NCBI GenBank assembly: GCA_041659025.1
Contig: JBAZZA010000006.1
Coordinates: 9,514 to 73,513 of the forward strand
Direction of reading: 5' to 3'
Source of the DNA: Bacteroidales bacterium
Lineage (GTDB): Bacteria; Bacteroidota; Bacteroidia; Bacteroidales; UBA932
Length of the DNA stretch: 64,000 nt
The translations under genes and the position numbers were made by a program. Below the pieces are notes generated by a model. That model saw nothing but the letters and a program-made list of their open reading frames with translations. It had not been told where the DNA came from and did no database searches. Below, piece after piece: positions 59,758-64,000 of the stretch (the stretch's first letter is position 1; every line of letters begins with the position of its first letter).

Positions 59758-61134
59758 GTGGAAAAAAAATTACTACTGCTAAGAGATAGGGCCGGAGTCC
59801 GTTGGACGGTACTTATCTTGCTGGCATCGATGATGTTCTTTGCGTATATGTTTGTGGATGTCTTATCACCGCTGCAAAGCTTGTTGGAAACAGGTAGAGG
59901 TTGGACACCTAATACTTACGGAACATTTGCGAGTTCAGAGTATTTCTTGAATGTTTTTGCTCTATTCCTGATTTTTGCCGGGGTAATCCTTGACAAGATA
60001 GGCGTTCGTGCAACAGCTCTAGTGTCCGGAATCATTATGGTTACAGGTGCTGCCATTAAGTTCTATGCAGTAAGTCCTGCTTTTGCAGGAACAGGCCTTG
60101 AGCTTTGGCTTAACTCATGGTGGACATCGTTCCCTGCATCGGCAAAGCTGGCATCTCTTGGTTTTATGATATTCGGCTGTGGAGTTGAAATGGCGGGTAT
60201 CACAGTTTCTAAAGGAATTGTTAAGTGGTTTAAAGATAAAGAACTAGCTCTGGCCATGGGTATTGAAATGGCTATTGCGCGTCTTGGTGTGTTTGCAGTA
60301 TTCAGGATATCTCCAAGGATAGCTGATTATTACGGAGATATCAGTAAACCGGTGTTATTCGTCCTTATTCTGCTGTTTATTGGTTTAATCTGTTTTATGA
60401 CATATTACTTCTTTGACAAGAAGTTGGAAAAACAACTTGGAGAGAGAGGAGATGAGCCTGAAGAACCATTTAAGATTGGAGATCTGGGAATATTGTTTAC
60501 AAGCAAGACATTCCTGATTGTATCCGGTCTTTGTGTTTTATATTATTCTGCAATTTTCCCATTCCAGAAATTTGCTGCAAACATGCTTGAGTGTCGTCTG
60601 AATATTAGTAACACAGAGGCAAGTGATATATTTTCATACTTCCCTATAGGCGCAATGATACTTACCCCTCTCCTGGGTGCTTTCCTTGACCGGAAGGGAA
60701 AAGCAGCAACAATGCTTATTCTTGGCTCCTTGCTTATGATTGCATGTCATTTGATCTTTGCTTTGGTTCCTGCTGCTTATTTTACAAAAGTCGTGGCCTA
60801 TTCTGCGATAGTTATTCTTGGCGTGAGCTTCTCGCTGGTCCCTGCTGCTCTTTGGCCTTCAGTACCTAAACTGGTTGAAAACCGTTTTCTTGGTTCTGCT
60901 TATTCGGTTGTTTTCTGGATACAGAATATTGGTCTGATGTTGTTCCCTATGTTGATAGGATGGTCGTTGACAGTAACAAACAAAGACGTTGCAAATCCTA
61001 TGGAGTATAATTATACTGTACCTATGCTCATATTTGCATCTTTGGGTGTTTTGGCATTCGTGCTTGGAATATGGCTCAAAGCAGAAGATAAAAAGAAGGG
61101 TTACGGTTTGGAGCTTCCTAATATCAAGAAGTAA
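59758..61134 (+). CDS. MFS transporter (first of two tandem paralogs), GTG start
   Basis: Twelve-TM-like profile. The N-terminal RDRAGVRWTVLILLASMMFFAYMF aligns with NSRSARWIVLLSLSLPMFASYFF in the next gene. The start must therefore lie upstream of the first in-frame ATG, and the GTG at 59758 fits. Confidence 0.75.
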   Translation: MEKKLLLLRDRAGVRWTVLILLASMMFFAYMFVDVLSPLQSLLETGRGWTPNTYGTFASSEYFLNVFALFLIFAGVILDKIGVRATALVSGIIMVTGAAIKFYAVSPAFAGTGLELWLNSWWTSFPASAKLASLGFMIFGCGVEMAGITVSKGIVKWFKDKELALAMGIEMAIARLGVFAVFRISPRIADYYGDISKPVLFVLILLFIGLICFMTYYFFDKKLEKQLGERGDEPEEPFKIGDLGILFTSKTFLIVSGLCVLYYSAIFPFQKFAANMLECRLNISNTEASDIFSYFPIGAMILTPLLGAFLDRKGKAATMLILGSLLMIACHLIFALVPAAYFTKVVAYSAIVILGVSFSLVPAALWPSVPKLVENRFLGSAYSVVFWIQNIGLMLFPMLIGWSLTVTNKDVANPMEYNYTVPMLIFASLGVLAFVLGIWLKAEDKKKGYGLELPNIKK

Positions 61135-61154
61135 TCTCAGATAAGTTACAAACT

Positions 61155-62576
61155 ATGAATTCTACTTTAAAATTACTAAAAAACTCCAGAAGTGCCCGGT
61201 GGATTGTGTTGCTTAGCCTCTCCCTGCCGATGTTCGCTTCGTACTTCTTCGACGATTTCTTTAGTGGAATCGGTCATATCTTTAATAATCCTCAAAATCT
61301 CGATCTCGCATGGAACCTGAGTGACTATGGTCTTTATGGAGGCGCTTACTCACTTCTCTGTGTTTGGGGAGGTCTGGTTATTTGCGGTATGTTGCTGGAC
61401 AAGTGGGGAGTCAGGTTTACCGGCTCTCTCTTTGTTGGGTTAATGGTTATTGGTTCAATCATCGTTATTTATGCTATATCGGAAACTTTTGCACACAGCG
61501 GATTATATCTTTTGTTGGCCAAAGTATTCAATAAACCATCACTGGCACTGGCTTATGCCGGATGTGCCATATTCGGTCTGGGAAGCGAAATTGCCGGAGT
61601 TGCTGTAACCCGTTCTATAGCAAAATGGTTCAAAGGTAAGGAGATGGCTCTGGCGATGGGGCTCCAGCTTGCGTTTGCACGTATGGGTACTGCGACGGCT
61701 CTTATAGTTGTTCCGAGGATAGTTAACCTGGATCAGGCATACATTCCATTTTCGGAAACAAGTAAACCGGCTCTTGTGGCTTTGATTCTAATGTGTGTCG
61801 CTCTTGTATTATGGTCGATGTTTGTTTTCATGGACCACAAGTACGACAGACAAAATGCAGAAGAGGACAGAAAGAATGATGTTGTAAAGGAGAAGGATGA
61901 GAAATTCAAGTTCTCAGATATTTTAAGGATCCTGGGTAACAAGCAATTCATCCTTATCTCTTTGCTTTGTGTGTTCTTCTATTGTTGTATAATATCCTTC
62001 CGACGGTTTGCAACTACAATAATTATCCCTCGTTTCGGAATTGAAGGTGAAGTGGCATCTCTTATGGTATCATTGATTCCTTTCGCAACCATGATATTTA
62101 CTCCGCTTTTCGGTTCACTTATAGATTCAAAAGGAAAGGCGAGCAGTTTTATGATTCTGGGGTCGTTTTTGGTACTTATATCTCATCTTATTATAGGATT
62201 TGCCCCGGGTATTGAGTTTTTCGGATATCTTGGAGTAGCCATACTTGGCATAGGCTATTCATTGGTTCCGGCAGCTATGTGGCCTACAGTTCCCAAAATC
62301 ATCCCTGAAAAGAACCTTGGTACGGCCTATTCGCTTATTTACTGGATACAGAATATGGGAATGCTGGTTGTGCCGATATTTGTCGGGATAATCATAACTA
62401 AGACTACTGAATCAATTCCAGATAAGGCTGCAGCAAGCCTGCAATCGGCAGTCAACGCCGAGTACTTCTTTGTTGCTCTCTCATTAGTGGCTATTGCAGT
62501 TGCATTTATGCTCCGCAGATCTTCACAACAGAATCCGCAACTTATGATTGATTTGCCTAACAAACGAAAGAAATAG
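61155..62576 (+). CDS. MFS transporter (second tandem paralog)
   Basis: Same architecture and shared motifs (KWFKGKEMALAMG matches KWFKDKELALAMG, and LVPAAMWPTVPK matches LVPAALWPSVPK). Confidence 0.8.
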   Translation: MNSTLKLLKNSRSARWIVLLSLSLPMFASYFFDDFFSGIGHIFNNPQNLDLAWNLSDYGLYGGAYSLLCVWGGLVICGMLLDKWGVRFTGSLFVGLMVIGSIIVIYAISETFAHSGLYLLLAKVFNKPSLALAYAGCAIFGLGSEIAGVAVTRSIAKWFKGKEMALAMGLQLAFARMGTATALIVVPRIVNLDQAYIPFSETSKPALVALILMCVALVLWSMFVFMDHKYDRQNAEEDRKNDVVKEKDEKFKFSDILRILGNKQFILISLLCVFFYCCIISFRRFATTIIIPRFGIEGEVASLMVSLIPFATMIFTPLFGSLIDSKGKASSFMILGSFLVLISHLIIGFAPGIEFFGYLGVAILGIGYSLVPAAMWPTVPKIIPEKNLGTAYSLIYWIQNMGMLVVPIFVGIIITKTTESIPDKAAASLQSAVNAEYFFVALSLVAIAVAFMLRRSSQQNPQLMIDLPNKRKK

Positions 62577-62580
62577 TTAA

Positions 62581-62610
62581 AAGGGGCTGTCTAAATGACA
62601 GCCTTTTTTA
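62581..62610 (+). terminator. rho-independent terminator of the MFS operon
   Basis: GGCTGTC (62585-62591) pairs with GACAGCC (62597-62603) across the loop TAAAT, followed by TTTTTT. Confidence 0.75.
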
Positions 62611-62611
62611 T

Positions 62612-62719
62612 TTAGGCGGTTACCTGTATCAGCACGGAAAATCCTCCCCACCTGACCGGTGGGTCCCCTCCCTATTCGGGAGCCAATGTTTTCCTTTGCT
62701 GATAATGGTAACCGTCTAA
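62612..62719 (+). other. unassigned 108-nt multi-stem element (possible small RNA or palindromic repeat)
   Basis: P1 is 62612-62624 with 62707-62719 (13 bp, one G-U). P2 is 62627-62634 with 62697-62704 (8 bp). P3 is 62636-62642 with 62688-62694. There are two apical hairpins, CCCACC-TGACC-GGTGGG (62647-62663) and CTCCC-TATTC-GGGAG (62668-62682). The G-U pairs occur only on the plus-strand reading. Confidence 0.35.
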
Positions 62720-62726
62720 GAGAACA

Positions 62727-62763
62727 ATAAAAAAGGCCAATTAAAATCACTTTTAGTTGGCCT
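62727..62763 (-). terminator. rho-independent terminator of purA (weakly bidirectional)
   Basis: AGGCCAA (62734-62740) pairs with TTGGCCT (62757-62763), with an inner TAAAA/TTTTA pairing. A T tract follows on the minus strand (A-run 62727-62733 on plus). Confidence 0.7.
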
Positions 62764-62771
62764 CTTTTACT

Positions 62772-64000
62772 TTATCTTATTATTGTCTGTTCTCTGTCCG
62801 GGCCGAGTGAGATGATATTGATCGGAATGCCGGTCTCCTTTTCTATGAAGCGGACATAAGTCATGAATTCATAAGGCAGGTCATCCTCTTTTGTGATTTT
62901 TGTAAGGTCCCTTTTCCATCCTTTGAACTCCTTATATACAGGTTCAATTTCTGCAAATGTATCGTAAGGTACCTGATCTGTTATCTTGCCGTCAATTTTA
63001 TATGATACAGCAATTTTTATTTTATCCATCGTGTCCATCACGTCTGCCTTCATCATTATCAACTGGCTCACACCGTTGATCATTACAGCATATTTAAGTG
63101 CAACAAGATCCAGCCAGCCTGTTCTCCTTGGTCTGCCTGTAGTTGCTCCAAATTCGAAGCCCAGTTTGCGAAGGTTCTCTCCTGTCTCGTCGTTAAGTTC
63201 GGTTGGAAACGGTCCGCTGCCTACTCTGGTACAGTATGCCTTGAAGATTCCTGATACAGTTCCTATGCTTGAAGGTGATATGCCAAGACCGGTGCATGCC
63301 CCGGCACATGTTGTGGTTGATGATGTAACGAATGGATATGAACCAAAGTCGACATCTAGCATTGAACCCTGGGCACCTTCTGCAAGTACACGTTTGTTCT
63401 CTTCCAGCATATGATTTATAGCATATTCTCCGTCAATAAGAGTGAATTGCTTAAGGAAATCTATTGATTCCAGCCATTGAGATTCATTTTCGTCAATGTT
63501 GCAAGGGTAATCAAACTGTTTGAGAAAGCTTATGTGCTTGTTTTTGAGGGCATAGAACCTTTCCTGAAAGTTAGGAGAGAGAATGTCACCAACCCTTACA
63601 CCATTCCTTCCTGTTTTATCCATATATGTGGGCCCTATTCCTTTTAAAGTCGACCCGATCTTTGAGGCGCCTTTTGAGGCTTCTGAGGCGGCATCAATAA
63701 TTCTGTGTGTAGGTAATATAAGATGGGCCTTTTTGGATATAAGCAGGCGTTCCTTGACAGGTACTCCCATCTCAAACAACTTGTTACACTCTTCCATAAA
63801 GATTACCGGATCTAGCACAACTCCGTTGCCAATGATATTCTGTGTGTTTTTTCTGAAAATTCCTGAAGGAATAGAATGAAGAACAAATTTTTTATCTTCG
63901 AACTGAAGCGAATGACCGGCATTTGGCCCTCCCTGAAATCGTGCAATGACCGGATATCCTTTGGCAAGAACATCTACAATCTTTCCTTTCCCCTCATCTC
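62772..64000 (-). CDS. purA: adenylosuccinate synthetase (N-terminal end runs off the window)
   Basis: The frame stays open upstream of the ORF-track Met. My translation of 64000 to 63819 gives DEGKGKIVDVLAKGYPVIARFQGGPNAGHSL (the GDEGKGK P-loop and GGxNAGH). Downstream motifs include TTGRPRRTGW. Confidence 0.93.
   Translation of the reverse strand, partial: DEGKGKIVDVLAKGYPVIARFQGGPNAGHSLQFEDKKFVLHSIPSGIFRKNTQNIIGNGVVLDPVIFMEECNKLFEMGVPVKERLLISKKAHLILPTHRIIDAASEASKGASKIGSTLKGIGPTYMDKTGRNGVRVGDILSPNFQERFYALKNKHISFLKQFDYPCNIDENESQWLESIDFLKQFTLIDGEYAINHMLEENKRVLAEGAQGSMLDVDFGSYPFVTSSTTTCAGACTGLGISPSSIGTVSGIFKAYCTRVGSGPFPTELNDETGENLRKLGFEFGATTGRPRRTGWLDLVALKYAVMINGVSQLIMMKADVMDTMDKIKIAVSYKIDGKITDQVPYDTFAEIEPVYKEFKGWKRDLTKITKEDDLPYEFMTYVRFIEKETGIPINIISLGPDREQTIIR

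Noticed and set aside
62612-62719. The idea that the multi-stem element is SRP (4.5S) RNA, 6S RNA or a riboswitch
   Set aside because: Neither strand has a GNAR tetraloop closed by the conserved GGUCC/GGAAGCAGC-type domain IV motifs. It is too short and lacks the central bubble expected of 6S RNA. It is not upstream of any gene, so a cis-regulatory leader is unlikely.
1-64000. A search for CRISPR arrays, rRNA genes, IS transposases, integrases and prophage genes
   Set aside because: I saw no regularly spaced direct repeats, no rRNA-like sequence, and no ORF with DDE, tyrosine-recombinase or serine-recombinase signatures in any frame.

Overview
This window is a chromosomal segment from a Bacteroidota genome, probably a Bacteroidales-like anaerobe. 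The evidence is a SusC/SusD pair, BACON domains, TAnnTTTG-type -7 promoter boxes, rubrerythrin, KorAB and an H+-PPase. From about 3.7 kb to 64 kb it is densely packed housekeeping DNA: nagB, recN, coaBC, rpoZ, bamD, trxB, rbr, pepP, purC, pdxJ, nadK, uppS-bamA-skp-skp, murI, hppA, korAB, gdhA, a SusC/SusD locus with a serpin and a BACON/M64 lipoprotein, rpoBC, rplKAJL, nusG, secE, tuf, five tRNAs, dxs, two tandem MFS genes and purA. The left edge (1 to about 3.7 kb) differs. By eye it is much more AT-rich. It holds a truncated radical SAM gene and an overlapping two-gene module, a Swt1-like HEPN protein with an Rx4H motif plus a DUF5343-like partner. These units are separated by related imperfect hairpins whose core sequences chain together the way integron attC sites and cassette boundaries do. 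A roughly 1.5 kb ORF-poor tract full of degenerate long palindromes follows. No integrase, transposase, CRISPR array or rRNA is visible. Other points of interest are a dispersed long-palindrome family, a 21-nt motif bracketing terminators in two convergent intergenic regions, an unexplained 108-nt multi-stem element between the MFS and purA terminators, and a FeoB-like membrane protein lacking its GTPase domain. All family assignments come from motif recognition by eye and need HMM or BLAST confirmation.
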